Part shown: piece after piece, positions 33,234 to 44,905 of the stretch
Layout of the letters: every line of letters starts with the position of its first letter
Numbering within the stretch: position 1 is the first letter of the stretch
Source of the DNA: an uncultured Alphaproteobacteria bacterium
GTDB taxonomy: Bacteria; Pseudomonadota; Alphaproteobacteria; Sphingomonadales; Sphingomonadaceae
DNA: 64,000 bases
Assembly (NCBI GenBank): GCA_963814305.1
Contig: CAWFCI010000028.1
Location: forward strand, 160,288-224,287
Direction of reading: 5' to 3'
Program-made: the position numbers and the translations under genes
The notes under the pieces: generated by a model
Database searches by the model: none
Seen by the model: only the letters and a program-made list of their open reading frames with translations
Told to the model about the DNA's origin: nothing

Positions 33234-33956
33234 TTAGCCTACGACCCGGCGACCGAAGCCGCCCATCGGTCGGGCAGCGGCAACCGCTTGCGGATTGTGC
33301 GCGGCGGCAGGAGCACTGAAAACGGTTCGGCGGAAATTCTTTTCGAGACGATCCGAAATATAGGCCCATAGCTGGATAACTTCCTGCGCAGACCGGCTGT
33401 TCGCGTCGATTTCCATTACGGTGCGACCATCGATCATCGAGGATGCAAAATCGGTGCGGTGGTGGAGCGTGATCGGGGCAACGGTGCCATGCTGCGACAA
33501 AGCAACCGCCGCTTCGGAGGTAATCTTGGCTTTTGGCGTGGCTGCGTTGACCACAAAGATCAGCGGCTTGCCTGCACGTTCGCAAAGGTCGACGGTTGCG
33601 CCAACTGCACGCAAATCGTGCGGGCTGGGGCGGGTCGGGACGACGATCAGTTCGGAGACCGAAATCACGCTCTGGATTGCCATGGTGATTGCAGGCGGCG
33701 TGTCGATCACGGCTAGTTTAAAGCCCTGTTGACGTAAAACGGCTAAGTCTGAAGCCAAACGAGCCACGGTCGTCTGGGCAAAGGCGGGTAGTTCCGCTTC
33801 ACGCTCGTTCCACCAGTCGGCGAGCGAACCTTGCGGATCGATGTCGATAAGAACTACAGGTCCAGCGCCAGCAAGCTGTGCCTGGACCGCGAGATGGCCG
33901 GAAAGCGTCGTTTTGCCCGACCCGCCTTTTTGTGATGCTAATGCGAGAACCCTCAC
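33234..33956 (-). CDS. Short ParA/ParF-type ATPase
   Basis: Deviant Walker A KGGSGKTT, DIDPQGS, IDTPP; no N-terminal HTH. Confidence 0.92.
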   Translation of the reverse strand: MRVLALASQKGGSGKTTLSGHLAVQAQLAGAGPVVLIDIDPQGSLADWWNEREAELPAFAQTTVARLASDLAVLRQQGFKLAVIDTPPAITMAIQSVISVSELIVVPTRPSPHDLRAVGATVDLCERAGKPLIFVVNAATPKAKITSEAAVALSQHGTVAPITLHHRTDFASSMIDGRTVMEIDANSRSAQEVIQLWAYISDRLEKNFRRTVFSAPAAAHNPQAVAAARPMGGFGRRVVG

Positions 33957-34004
33957 ATCAATCCCCTTTGCAAATGTTTCAAGGGCCGATGTGACAGAAC
34001 AGGG

Positions 34005-34020
34005 CTAAAAATCCGTTAAC
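34005..34020. promoter_or_regulatory. Putative CtrA box upstream of the parA-like gene
   Basis: CTAA-AAATCCG-TTAAC. Confidence 0.5.
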
Positions 34021-34200
34021 GCTGCGCTGGATTTCAGTGCCCTCTCTCGGGCCGCAACGCGGAAAAGCTTAAGACGCAAACCCGCATCTCCGCTTGGAAT
34101 TTGTGCCTACCTGCTGGTTAAGCTATTAAGCCTGAACATTTACCAAATTTCAGTTTATCACATGCTATGCGCGAGATAACGCACATATTGGAGTTATGAG

Positions 34201-35233
34201 ATGACAATCGGGTCGCACCTTCGGAAATCAATGTTGGCCGCATTGGCGCTTTCAATCGCGGCAAGCCCTGCTCGTCGCGGACGTCAAGGCGGGCGTTGAT
34301 GCGTGGGGCCGGGGCGAATATGAAGCGGCGATCAAGCAATGGCGCGATCCCGCGATCAAAGGCGATGCCGACGCGCAGTTCAATATGGGCCAAGCCTACA
34401 AAATGGGGCGCGGCGTCAAAACCGACCTGAATGTCGCACTCGATTGGTATCGCAAGGCTGCTGCGCAAGGGCATTTGCAGGCCGCCGACAGCTACGGCCA
34501 TTTGCTTCACTATCAGGGCAAGATTCCAGAGTCGCTGCCATATCTGCAAAGTTCTTCGGATCGCGGCGACCCGCGCGCGCAGTATTTACTGGCAACCGAG
34601 TTGTTCAATGGCGGGCACATCGCCAAAGATTGGGTGCGCGCTTATGCATTGATGACGCGGGCTTCGTCGGCGGGCATGGCCCCTGCCTCACGCAGCCTGG
34701 CGCAGATGGATCAATATATCCCGCTCGAACAGCGACAAGCAGCGACAGTGTTGGCGGGCGAACTCGAACAACGCGCCAGTCGTGCCCGCGCCGCGCAGGT
34801 CGCCGGTTTCCCGATCAACACTACCCCCCCGCCCAAATCAGCCAAGCCGGTCGCGGTGCCGCCTTCGAACATCCCACCGGGTTTTCCTTCAAATATTCCG
34901 GTATCGGGTAGTCCTGTGCCAAAGCCTGCTCCAGTTAAGCCGACCGTAGTCAAGCCGGCGCCTGGTAAACAGGTGGCTCCCGTCAAAGTCGCTGCCACTG
35001 ATGGCGCGTGGCGTATCCAGCTGGGCGCATTCGGCGAAGAAGCTAATGCGACCAAACTCTGGTCTTCGCTGGAGGGCCGAATTACCGGGCTGGCTTCACT
35101 CCAACCATATCTTAAAGCCACGGGCAATGTGACACGTCTGCAGGCCGGGCCATTTGCGAGCAAGGCTGCGGCTGAAGCGATGTGCGTCAAGGTCAAGGCA
35201 ACTGGGCAGGCCTGCCTCGCCGTTCCGCGCTAA
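34201..35233 (+). CDS. Exported Sel1-repeat + SPOR protein (frameshift near 34272)
   Basis: Signal peptide from 34201; GDADAQFNMGQAYKMGRGV Sel1 repeats; Pro-rich linker; WRIQLGAF SPOR. Confidence 0.85.
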
Positions 35234-35751
35234 CCGCACAGCCGTTCGATCTCTCGACCCAGCGTGCCTCGTGCGGCATCGTCGCCGGGCTGAATTATGA
35301 AATAATGCGTACCCGAAAAGCTGGCGCGCGGGGTGCAATAAGAGTCGCATCCTGCATCCACAGCGCCAGGAAAGCGCAATTCGATGCCGTCATAGCGCGC
35401 CTCAAAGGTGCAATTGCCATCGCCTGACAGCGTAATTTTCACCTTCTCGCCGTCTATGGTCGCGGTTCCTGTTGCCTCGCATTTGCTATCAGGACCGGAA
35501 ACCGACAGAAATCCGATATTAAACTGCTTGCTGCCGTTGCCGACAGAGCAAAACTTGTCAGTACCGAGCTCGCTGCGCATTTCGAACCGTCCGGCGAATT
35601 TGATTTCGTCGGGGTTCGGCATGATCCCAGCCTCAATCGCTGCTTTGTCTAGCCGCGATCCAACATCATTGTCGCCGCCCAGCACCGACGGGGTGTTGTC
35701 ACCACAGCCTGCGAGCAGCGCACAACAAAAGAGAACAACCGAGCGTATCAA
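35230..35751 (-). CDS. Hypothetical lipoprotein (Cys-rich)
   Basis: Lipobox LLAGC; [10 protein letters not shown]. Confidence 0.7.
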   Translation of the reverse strand: MIRSVVLFCCALLAGCGDNTPSVLGGDNDVGSRLDKAAIEAGIMPNPDEIKFAGRFEMRSELGTDKFCSVGNGSKQFNIGFLSVSGPDSKCEATGTATIDGEKVKITLSGDGNCTFEARYDGIELRFPGAVDAGCDSYCTPRASFSGTHYFIIQPGDDAARGTLGREIERLCG

Positions 35752-36107
35752 ACGCGTTCCAGCCCTTCCGACGTCACCTGCCGGTAAAAGCAACTGCGTT
35801 CGCCGGTATGGCAGGTTGGTCCGTCCGGTCGCGCAGTAATCCAGATTGCATCCTGGTCGCAGTCGATGCGCATATCGATGATATGGAGAAAATGCCCACT
35901 GCTTTCGCCCTTTTGCCAGAGCCGCTGACGACTGCGCGAGAAAAACACGGCCGTGGCCGTTTGTCGGCTCTTTGCCAAAGCCTCGGCATTCATATGGCCG
36001 ACCATCAGCACCGTGCCATCGGCAACATCTGTGACAACTGCCGTTATCAGCCCGTTGGCGTCATATTTAGGATCGAGGATCGGCCCCGTTTCGCGTTCAT
36101 CGGTCAT
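35748..36107 (-). CDS. hisI: Phosphoribosyl-AMP cyclohydrolase
   Basis: [29 protein letters not shown]. Confidence 0.95.
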   Translation of the reverse strand: MTDERETGPILDPKYDANGLITAVVTDVADGTVLMVGHMNAEALAKSRQTATAVFFSRSRQRLWQKGESSGHFLHIIDMRIDCDQDAIWITARPDGPTCHTGERSCFYRQVTSEGLERV

Positions 36108-36237
36108 AAGACAAGGCCTAACCGATGCGGAAATGCCCCGCCAACAAAATCTTTGTGACATTGATGCGACTCAATTGAAGACAATCCCAGCTACCATGCC
36201 TATATGCCAGCCAGCGACGCGCAGCGGGATTCGACAA

Positions 36238-37695
36238 ATGCTGACCACCGACCCATTCGATGACGATAAATTACGCGAAGAATGCGGGATATTTGGTGTC
36301 TGCGACATCGATGGTGCGTCGGCGATGGTGGCATTGGGCCTGCATGCCCTGCAGCACCGCGGACAGGAAGCCGCAGGCGTTACCAGCTTTGACGGGCATG
36401 ATTTCCACACGCACCGCGCGATGGGCCATGTCGCGGGCAATTTTGATCGCGAAGAGATCATAGGCGGCTTGATAGGTCGCAGCGCGATCGGTCATGTCCG
36501 ATATTCGACCACTGGCGAAACTTCGCTGCGTAATGTGCAGCCGCTTTACGCCGACCTTTCCACAGGTGGCTTCGCGGTGGCGCACAATGGCAATATCTCG
36601 AACGCAATGACGGTGCGCAGGGACCTGGTGCGGCGTGGTTCGATCTTCCAGTCGACCTCGGATACCGAAGTCATTATCCATTTGGTCGCGACTTCGGGTT
36701 ACCGTACTTTACTCGACCGGCTGATCGATGCCTTGAAGCGTGTCGAGGGTGCCTATTCGCTTTTATGCCTTACCACCGAAGGCATGATCGCTTGCCGCGA
36801 CCCATTGGGTATTCGCCCGTTGGTAATGGGAAAGCTGGGCGATTCGATTATTTTCGCATCGGAAACCGTTGCGCTCGACATTGTAGGCGCAGAATATCTT
36901 CGCTCGGTCGAGCCGGGCGAACTGATCGTGGTACGCAATGGCGAGGTAACGTCGCACAAGCCTTTCATTCCCGTCTCGCAACGTCCCTGCATTTTCGAGC
37001 ATGTCTATTTCTCGCGCCCCGATTCGATCGTCGAAGGCATCAGCGTCTATTCGGTGCGCAAGGCCATCGGTGCGGAACTCGCCCGCGAAAATGGTGTCGA
37101 TGTCGATTATGTCATTCCTGTCCCAGACAGCGGCACGCCTGCGGCAATCGGTTATGCAGAAGCCGCAAAAATTCCGTTCGAGTTGGGCATCATCCGGTCG
37201 CATTATGTCGGACGTACCTTCATCCAGCCTGGTGACGGCGTCCGTCATCTGGGTGTTAAGCTGAAGCATAATGCCAACAAGAACCTTGTCGCAGGCAAAA
37301 AAATTGTACTGATTGATGATTCGATCGTGCGTGGCACAACCAGCCTCAAAATCGTGCAAATGATGCGGGAAGCCGGGGCTGCCGAAGTCCATATGCGGAT
37401 AGCCAGCCCGCCGACGATGAATAGCTGCTTCTACGGTGTCGATACCCCAGAGCGCTCCAAATTACTCGCCAGCCGGATGGATGTCGAAGAAATGCGCGCT
37501 TTCATTCAGGCCGACAGCCTTGCTTTCCTGTCCATTGATGGCCTGTATCGCGCGCTCGGCGAAGATCAGCGCAACAACGGCAAGCCGCAATATTGCGATG
37601 CCTGTTTCACCGGCGATTATCCGACCAGCCTGACCGACCATGAAGAGCAGGAAGCGGGTGACCTCATCATGCTCGGGACACGGAAATCGGCCTGA
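36238..37695 (+). CDS. purF: Amidophosphoribosyltransferase
   Basis: ECGIFG, LQHRGQE, GHVRYST, IDDSIVRGTT. Confidence 0.97.
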   Translation: MLTTDPFDDDKLREECGIFGVCDIDGASAMVALGLHALQHRGQEAAGVTSFDGHDFHTHRAMGHVAGNFDREEIIGGLIGRSAIGHVRYSTTGETSLRNVQPLYADLSTGGFAVAHNGNISNAMTVRRDLVRRGSIFQSTSDTEVIIHLVATSGYRTLLDRLIDALKRVEGAYSLLCLTTEGMIACRDPLGIRPLVMGKLGDSIIFASETVALDIVGAEYLRSVEPGELIVVRNGEVTSHKPFIPVSQRPCIFEHVYFSRPDSIVEGISVYSVRKAIGAELARENGVDVDYVIPVPDSGTPAAIGYAEAAKIPFELGIIRSHYVGRTFIQPGDGVRHLGVKLKHNANKNLVAGKKIVLIDDSIVRGTTSLKIVQMMREAGAAEVHMRIASPPTMNSCFYGVDTPERSKLLASRMDVEEMRAFIQADSLAFLSIDGLYRALGEDQRNNGKPQYCDACFTGDYPTSLTDHEEQEAGDLIMLGTRKSA

Positions 37696-37696
37696 C

Positions 37697-38409
37697 GTGA
37701 CCAAATTGTTCGAAGGCAAGATTGCGCTGGTCACTGGCGCGAGTCGCGGCATCGGCGCTGCAACAGCACAGGCGTTGGCAGCCCAAGGCGCGCACGTCAT
37801 CATCACCGCGCGGACAATTAAGGATCTGGAAGCCGCTGAAGATGCAATTTTTGCAGCTGGCGGTTCGGCGACGATCGCGCCGCTCGATTTGACCGACGGC
37901 GACAGCATCGCGCGGCTCGCTGCAGCGGTTACCGAGCGGTGGGGCAAGCTCGACATGTTGGTCCTGAACGCTGCAATGCTGGGAACACTCGCGCCGGTGC
38001 CCGCAATCGACGGCGCTGAATTCGCGCGGTTGTTCACGTTGAATGTGACGGCGCAGCAAGTGCTGATTGCATCGTTCGATGCGCTTTTACGAAAAAGCGA
38101 AACAGGCCGCCTGATCGCAATGACCTCCTCTGTCGGAGCAGCACCACGCGCCTTCTGGGGAGCCTATGGCGCGTCCAAGGCAGCATTGGAAAATCTGGTG
38201 CAAAGCTACGGCGAGGAAGTCAAAAACCTCTCACGCCGTTCGCGTAGCGATTGTCGATCCCGGGCAGAACCCGCACCAAAATGCGCGCTGCTGCTTATCC
38301 TGGCGAAGACCCGAAATCGGTTAAAGAGCCGTCTGTAGTTGCAGATGCGATTTGCGCTCTGCTCGGTGATGAATTTGAAACAGGGTACCGGCTGGTCTTA
38401 GAGGGCTAA
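37697..38409 (+). CDS. SDR oxidoreductase (YciK-like), frameshifts near 38235-38270
   Basis: TGASRGIG, YGASK; tail RTKMRAAAYPGED in another frame. Confidence 0.88.
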
Positions 38410-39798
38410 GCCTTTGCCACCTTGTACGCCTCCAATGCCCGCTCCCGGGCTGCCTTATGCCCGATTATCTTGCGTGGATAGTTATTGGGACGGACGCCAT
38501 GCTCTTCGGGGTCATGAATATTCGGCTCCTGCAAATCAGCCAATTCCGGCACCCATTCACGAATGTACCGCGCTGCATCGAACTTTTCCGACTGCGACAA
38601 TGGTGCCATGATCCGCACGAACATATTGCTGTCCACCCCGGTCCCTGCTGTCCACTGCCAGTTCACCGCGTTCGACCCGTAATCGGCATCGACCAGCGTA
38701 TCCCAGAACCATTGTTCGCCCTCGCGCCAGTCAATGAGAAGATGTTTGATGAGGAAAGACGCCGCAATCATCCGCACGCGATTGTGCATCCAACCAGTCG
38801 TCCAAAGCTGCCGCATTCCCGCATCGACAATTGGGTAGCCAGTCTTGCCCTTCGTCCACGCAACAAAATCAGCCTCCACGGCCGGATCGGAAATATCGCG
38901 CCACGGCAGCCTGTCAAACGCCTCACGCGCGTTCTTGCCGCCATATTCGGGAAACTGGCAGATAACATTCTGCGCATAATCGCGCCATACTAGTTCCTTC
39001 AGGAACACGTCGACCGAGCCGCCTGCCTTCAAGGTCGCGTGCCAGCAGGCTGCAGGTGAAATCTCGCCGAAATGGAGGTGCGGCGACAAGAACGAGGTGC
39101 CGTCGACCGAAGGCAGGTTGCGCTTCTCGTCGTAGAACTTTGCTTTGTCAGTAAATTGCGTCCAGCCGCTCTTTCGCCCCTGCCTCTCCCGGCGTCCACA
39201 TATCCTTCATGCCGCCCGCCCAATCGGGTTTGGTCGGGAGCAGCTTCCAGTCCGCTAGCTTCTCACTCTCCGGCCATTTGTCCGGCGTGGCAATTTTTGT
39301 CGGCGCGGGCAGCAGCTGATGCGGCGGCATATGCTGCCACAGCGCGCGCATGAAAGGTGTGTAGATTTTATACTGCCCGCCGCTGCCCGTGGTCACGCTT
39401 CCCGGGGGCATAAGGTAATTGCCGTCATGGCAGATCAATTCGCACCGCTCAGGCAATGCCTTCGCCACCGCTTTTTCGGCATTGCGCCACCACGGTTCGT
39501 AGTGACGGATGCAATGAATGGCGGAAGCCCCGGCTTCTTCGGCAAGCGCGGCAAGAACCTCGTCGGACTTACCAGCCCGCAGGATCAGCCGCGAACCCGC
39601 CTTACGCAAATCGGCATCAAGCGATTTCAAGCTATGATTCAACCACCAACGCGAAGCTCCACCCATCTTGCGATGCTTCGGCGTCTCGTCGTCGAGGACA
39701 AAGACGGGAATGACCGCTGCGCCGCTTTCAACGGCTGCAGCAAGTGCTGGCTGATCGGCAAGACGCAGATCGCGACGGACCCAGATAATTTTAGTCAT
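38406..39798 (-). CDS. phrB: Deoxyribodipyrimidine photolyase (frameshift near 39150)
   Basis: WVRRDLRLAD, SPHLHFGEIS, GYPIVDAGMRQLW.TGWMHNRVRM. Confidence 0.93.
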
Positions 39799-39841
39799 AC
39801 CTCTCCCTTAGAGACGGGCGCCGCTTGAGAGTGAGACAGGG

Positions 39842-40828
39842 TCATGGCTTTGTCGCAGGTGCGGAAATGGGAATGCGCACCAAAAAGCGATCGCCGATGC
39901 GTGGGTCCATGAAGCGCTGATCGCGGATGATAATTTCTGTTTCCGTCTGCTCCAGAACTGGCATGCGCGACCAAAACAGATAGGCTGCGGTATCGCTGCC
40001 GTTCTCGGCTACGACACGCAATGCCATCGTACGGTTCGCTACTCCCTGCCCCATATTGTGCTGACGAACTGCACCCCACAAGCCAGCGCCCACGCCTAAG
40101 TTGTAATAACCCGAACCGTAATCCTGCCCATCGCGCCAGACGATGTCCCTCTGCCAAAAGGCAATCGGAACGGGATTGGCGACGACAACCGGTTCAGGCA
40201 TCGGCGCTGTTCGGTCGTACCGCGCAATGACCAAGTTACGCGCACTAGATTCGGCTTTGCCGGTAATCATCCCATTGGCAACGATATAACTGCATAAAGC
40301 AAGGAAGCCCCAAATTGCAGGTCGTCGCCAATTCGGACCCCCACGTTTTTCACGGCGACGCGACATCGAAACACTGACAATCAACGCCGTCCAAATCCAG
40401 ACGTCGATGATGAAGATGGTGTCGCCGTAGAACCATTGCGACGAAAACGGCTCAAGCAACCGAATGCCATAGCTGTTGAACCAGTCGAACAGCGGATGGC
40501 TTAGACAACCGATATAGGCCAAGGCGAGCAGCCAGCCTTTGTGGATCGGCAACCATTTATCAGGCTGCTTGCCCCGCTGCGTTTGCCAGGCGTCGAACCA
40601 CAGCATGATACCCCATAGCACCAACGGCAACACCACCATCGCAATCGGTCCGTGCGTAATCCCGCGCCTAATCGCCAGATGCTGGTGCCCGCCGAGCAAA
40701 GTCGCCACAGCATCGATATCGGGAATATTCGCCGCAATGATCAGGGTCGGCATCGCCAGCCCCGTCTGACGTTTCAATCCCATCTGCCCGATGAGCGCGC
40801 CGACGAGGCTATGTGTAAGATTATCCAT
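39842..40828 (-). CDS. Membrane metal-dependent hydrolase (YdjM/DUF457-like)
   Basis: MDNLTHSL, NIPDID, RGITH, SHPLFD. Confidence 0.85.
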   Translation of the reverse strand: MDNLTHSLVGALIGQMGLKRQTGLAMPTLIIAANIPDIDAVATLLGGHQHLAIRRGITHGPIAMVVLPLVLWGIMLWFDAWQTQRGKQPDKWLPIHKGWLLALAYIGCLSHPLFDWFNSYGIRLLEPFSSQWFYGDTIFIIDVWIWTALIVSVSMSRRREKRGGPNWRRPAIWGFLALCSYIVANGMITGKAESSARNLVIARYDRTAPMPEPVVVANPVPIAFWQRDIVWRDGQDYGSGYYNLGVGAGLWGAVRQHNMGQGVANRTMALRVVAENGSDTAAYLFWSRMPVLEQTETEIIIRDQRFMDPRIGDRFLVRIPISAPATKP

Positions 40829-40886
40829 GCCGCTTTGCTGGCCGAGCGAATTCTGTTTTGCAATACGGCGTTATCGCAGGCCGCGA

Positions 40887-41921
40887 TTAAATCTCTGGAT
40901 GCCCCTCGGCCACGGTCCAAGTCTGGCCCTTTGCCAGCAACTTGCTCAAATCAGCAACCTTACCTTCGCTTACTGCCCTGTTCTGCTCGACCACCGCGTC
41001 ATTAAACGTCGGGCGGGGGTCGTCATACAGCACGCCCAACGCCATCGGAAACTCGCCGAAGCGCATTTCGACCAGCATATGCGCGATCGAACGGTTGGTG
41101 ACATTGTGCACGATGACTCCTTCCGCCTGCCAGTCGCCATCCGCAACATCGACAACTTTAAGTTCCAGCGCCTCGACATCAAGCGCGATACCCTTCAGTC
41201 CCTTGGCAAATAGCATCGGTTCGCCGTCCCTCAGCCAAAGCTGCTGGTCCTCTGCGCCCTTGGGTGCGGCAAAGTCCTCGAACACGTCTTTATTGTAAAC
41301 GATACAGTTCTGGAAAATCTCGATAAATGCTGCACCACGATGCGCGTGGGCGGCTTTCAGGACTTCGGGCAAATTCTTCGAAACATCAAACCCGCGCGCC
41401 ACAAACCTTGCGCCCGAACCCAAGGCAAAAGCGCAAGGCGTCGCGGGCCGATCAACGGAGCCATAAGGTGTCGATGGGCTGTTCGTGCCGATGCGCGAGG
41501 TGGGCGAATATTGGCCCTTGGTCAGACCATAAATCTCGTTGTTGAACAGCATTATCTGGCAATCGAGATTGCGGCGCAGCAAGTGCATCGTGTGGTTGCC
41601 GCCAATTGACAGCGCGTCGCCATCGCCAGTGATAATCCAGACATCAAGGTCGGGATTGGCCAGCTTCACCCCTGTCGCCACTGCAGGGGCACGGCCGTGG
41701 ATAGTGTGGAAGCCATAGGTTTCCATATAATATGGAAAGCGCGACGAGCAGCCAATGCCGCTGATAAACACTGTGTTTTCAGGCGTTCCGCCGATTTCAG
41801 GCATGGTGCGTTGCACAGCCTTCAATATCGCATAGTCGCCGCAACCTGGGCACCAGCGGACTTCCTGATCGGTTTCCCAATCCTTGGGGCTGGTCGTTTT
41901 GATGGGGGTCATGTCGTTCAT
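40887..41921 (-). CDS. korB: 2-oxoacid:ferredoxin oxidoreductase beta subunit
   Basis: WCPGCG, GIGCS, HGRA, GDGD, NNEIYGLTKGQ. Confidence 0.93.
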   Translation of the reverse strand: MNDMTPIKTTSPKDWETDQEVRWCPGCGDYAILKAVQRTMPEIGGTPENTVFISGIGCSSRFPYYMETYGFHTIHGRAPAVATGVKLANPDLDVWIITGDGDALSIGGNHTMHLLRRNLDCQIMLFNNEIYGLTKGQYSPTSRIGTNSPSTPYGSVDRPATPCAFALGSGARFVARGFDVSKNLPEVLKAAHAHRGAAFIEIFQNCIVYNKDVFEDFAAPKGAEDQQLWLRDGEPMLFAKGLKGIALDVEALELKVVDVADGDWQAEGVIVHNVTNRSIAHMLVEMRFGEFPMALGVLYDDPRPTFNDAVVEQNRAVSEGKVADLSKLLAKGQTWTVAEGHPEI

Positions 41922-43791
41922 GATAAAGCACTCTCGATGACGGCTTCAATTTCGGCGATGGTGAAGGGCTGACCCGACACCTTGTTTATCGGCTTCGCGT
42001 CAACGAGAAACTGGTCGCGCAGCAATGTCTTCAACTGACCCGTGTTCATTTCCGGAACGATGATACGGTCGAAGCTCTTCAACAGCTCGTTCATATTCTT
42101 CGGCATCGGCCAGATATGGCGGATGTGGACATGCGCAACATCGATGCCCTGCGCCCGCTGGCGGCGGACAGCCTGGCGGATCGGCCCGTAGGTCGAACCC
42201 CAGCCGACGACGGCGAGTTTCGCGCCCGAACCACCCTGTTCGACCAACTGATCGGGGATGCTGTCGGCAACGCCCATCACTTTGGCCGAGCGGATGTCGG
42301 TCATCGCCTGATGGTTCGCTGGGCTGTAATTGATGTGGCCGGTATCGACTTCCTTTTCAATCCCGCCGATGCGGTGGAGCAATCCGGGCGTGCCGGGCTT
42401 GACCCAAGGCCGCTTCAATTTGTGGTCGCGCGAATAGGGCTTGAAACCGCCCTCTGGAACGCTTTCAAGAAACTCGACCGGGAACGGCTTGTATTCCGAC
42501 AGGTCGGGCACTTTCCAAGGCTCGGCAGCGTTGGCGATATAGCCGTCGGTCAGCAACATCACCGGTGTCATATATTCAACCGCAATCCGCACCGCCTCAA
42601 TCGCACAATCGAACGCATCGACCGGCGAGCGCACCGCGATCACAGGCATCGGCGCATCGCCATTGCGGCCATAAACGGCTTGGTATAGGTCAGACTGCTC
42701 GGTCTTGGTCGGAAGGCCAGTTGAAGGTCCACCGCGCTGGCTATTCACAATGATCAGCGGCAGTTCGGTCATAATCGCAAGGCCCATTGCCTCGCCCTTG
42801 AGCGCGATGCCGGGACCGGAGGAACTGGTCACGCCAAGCTGGCCTGCGTAAGACGCGCCAATGGCCGATGCGATGGCAGCGATTTCATCCTCAGCCTGAA
42901 ACGTGGTAATGCCGAATTCTTTCAGTCGGCTGAGGTGATGCAAAATCGCCGACGCAGGTGTAATCGGATAACCGCCGAAAAACATTTTCAGCCCCGCCAG
43001 TTGTGCACCCGCGACCAGACCATAGGAAATCGATTCCGCACCCGTAACCGTGCGATAAACCCCCGCCTCAACCTCAGCCGCATCGACATGATATTGTTTC
43101 AGCGGACCGGAAAGTTCGGCCGTCTCGCCATAAGCATGGCCGGCATTCAGCGCAGCGATATTAGCATCGGCCAGAACCTGATTTTTGGCGAACTTGGCAT
43201 TCAGCCAGTCGATTATGGGTTGCCGGTCGCGGTCAAACATCCAGAGCGCAAGGCCCAGCGTCCACATATTTTTGCAACGCAGCGCGTCCTTGTTGCCCAT
43301 GCCGAACGGCTTGACCGCTTCCAGCGTCAGCGCGCTGATGTCGAACGCCAGCACCTGCCACTTGGCAAGACTGCCATCCTCGAACGGATTGGCCGCAATA
43401 TTTCGCCTTGTCCAGATTGCGCTGGTTGAACTCGCCGGTGTCAGCAATAATCAGCCCGCCTTCGCGCAAGGGCATCGACGTTGGTCTTCAGCGCCGCCGG
43501 GTTCATCGCCACCAGCACATCAGGCTGATCGCCCGCGGTATCGATTGCTTGCGAACCAAAATTGATCTGGAATGCCGAAACACCGAACAGCGTCCCTATC
43601 GGCGCGCGGATTTCCGCCGGAAAATCGGGGAAAGTCGCAAAGTCATTACCCGCGAGCGCCGATGACAAGGTGAATTGCCCACCGGTCAACTGCATCCCGT
43701 CGCCGCTGTCGCCTGCAAAGCGAATGACAACAGCCTCGCTGTGGGCCGGCGCGGCTGCGCCTCCCGTTTCGTTTTTGAATGCCGTTGCCAT
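41918..43791 (-). CDS. korA: 2-oxoacid:acceptor oxidoreductase alpha subunit (frameshifts near 43400-43470)
   Basis: [31 protein letters not shown]. Confidence 0.93.
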
Positions 43792-43951
43792 TGTTCCAGC
43801 CCGTCTTGAAATGTCGTTTTTATTGCGCGAACTCTAGGCCCATCCGCTCGGCACTGCAATTTAGAAAATCTGTAGGCGGCCCATGCGGGCATTGTTGCAA
43901 TATGCGGATATGCCAGCCATATCTCTGCCGCGAGAGTTCAGGAGGAATAGC

Positions 43952-44905
43952 ATGACCGACCCTTATGTCCGCCCCGATGTGGCGATGTTTCTAGCTTTCC
44001 TGAACAATGCGCCGGGACCGAAACTGCACGAGGTGAGCGCTCCCGAAGCCCGGATGGTGCAGAATGCGATGCGTGACATGGCCGATGCACCAGTGGGGGA
44101 ACTTGCGGTCATCCGTGATCTGGAAATTCCAGGACCTGCGGTGACGATTGCCGCGCGGCTTTACGACAAACGTGACAATCGCGGCTCAGGTCCGGTAATG
44201 GTTTTCTTCCACGGTGGTGGCTTTGTCATCGGCAATATCTACACCTACGAACCTTTTTGCGCGGAAATAGCCCGTTTGCTCGACCTGCCCGTCATCTCGG
44301 TCGAATATCGTCTTGGCCCTGAATGCCCCTTCCCCGCGGCCTTCGAAGATTGTGAGGCTGCGGCTCGCTGGGTCGCAAGCGCCCCGGAAGCGCTGGGCCT
44401 TGACGTGACCGGTATAATTCTTTCGGGCGACAGTGCTGGCGGAAATCTTACGATCTCTACCAGCATGGCCTTGCGCGATAGCCTCGCCGACGTTTCCGTG
44501 ATCGCGCAAATGCCGATCTATCCCGTGGTCACGCTCAACCCCGACTGGCCCAGCATGACCGATTTTGCCGACGGCTATTTGCTGACCGCCGAGTTGATCC
44601 AGTGGTTTGGTGACGGTCACGCCGCAACCGGAGAGGATTATCGCACGCATCCGCTCGATTTTGATCAATCCGGGATGCCGCCAACGGTGCTCACCACCGC
44701 CAGCCTCGACCCGCTTCGCGATCAGGGCCTCGCCTATTTCCAAAAGCTGAAGGCCGCAGGCGTCCGTGCGGAGCATATCAGCGCCGAAGGGAATATCCAT
44801 GGCCATATCAATGTTCGAAAAGGCATCCCGTCCAGCCAGCAGGATGTCGAAAATTACGTAACCGCATTGAAATCGATTCTTGCCGAGGTCATGGCTGAGG
44901 CATGA
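43952..44905 (+). CDS. HSL-family alpha/beta hydrolase (esterase)
   Basis: HGGGF, GDSAGG, DPLRD, HG. Confidence 0.92.
   Translation: MTDPYVRPDVAMFLAFLNNAPGPKLHEVSAPEARMVQNAMRDMADAPVGELAVIRDLEIPGPAVTIAARLYDKRDNRGSGPVMVFFHGGGFVIGNIYTYEPFCAEIARLLDLPVISVEYRLGPECPFPAAFEDCEAAARWVASAPEALGLDVTGIILSGDSAGGNLTISTSMALRDSLADVSVIAQMPIYPVVTLNPDWPSMTDFADGYLLTAELIQWFGDGHAATGEDYRTHPLDFDQSGMPPTVLTTASLDPLRDQGLAYFQKLKAAGVRAEHISAEGNIHGHINVRKGIPSSQQDVENYVTALKSILAEVMAEA

Noticed and set aside
33234-33956. ParA as evidence of an integrated plasmid
   Set aside because: No rep gene, iterons, conjugation genes or composition shift
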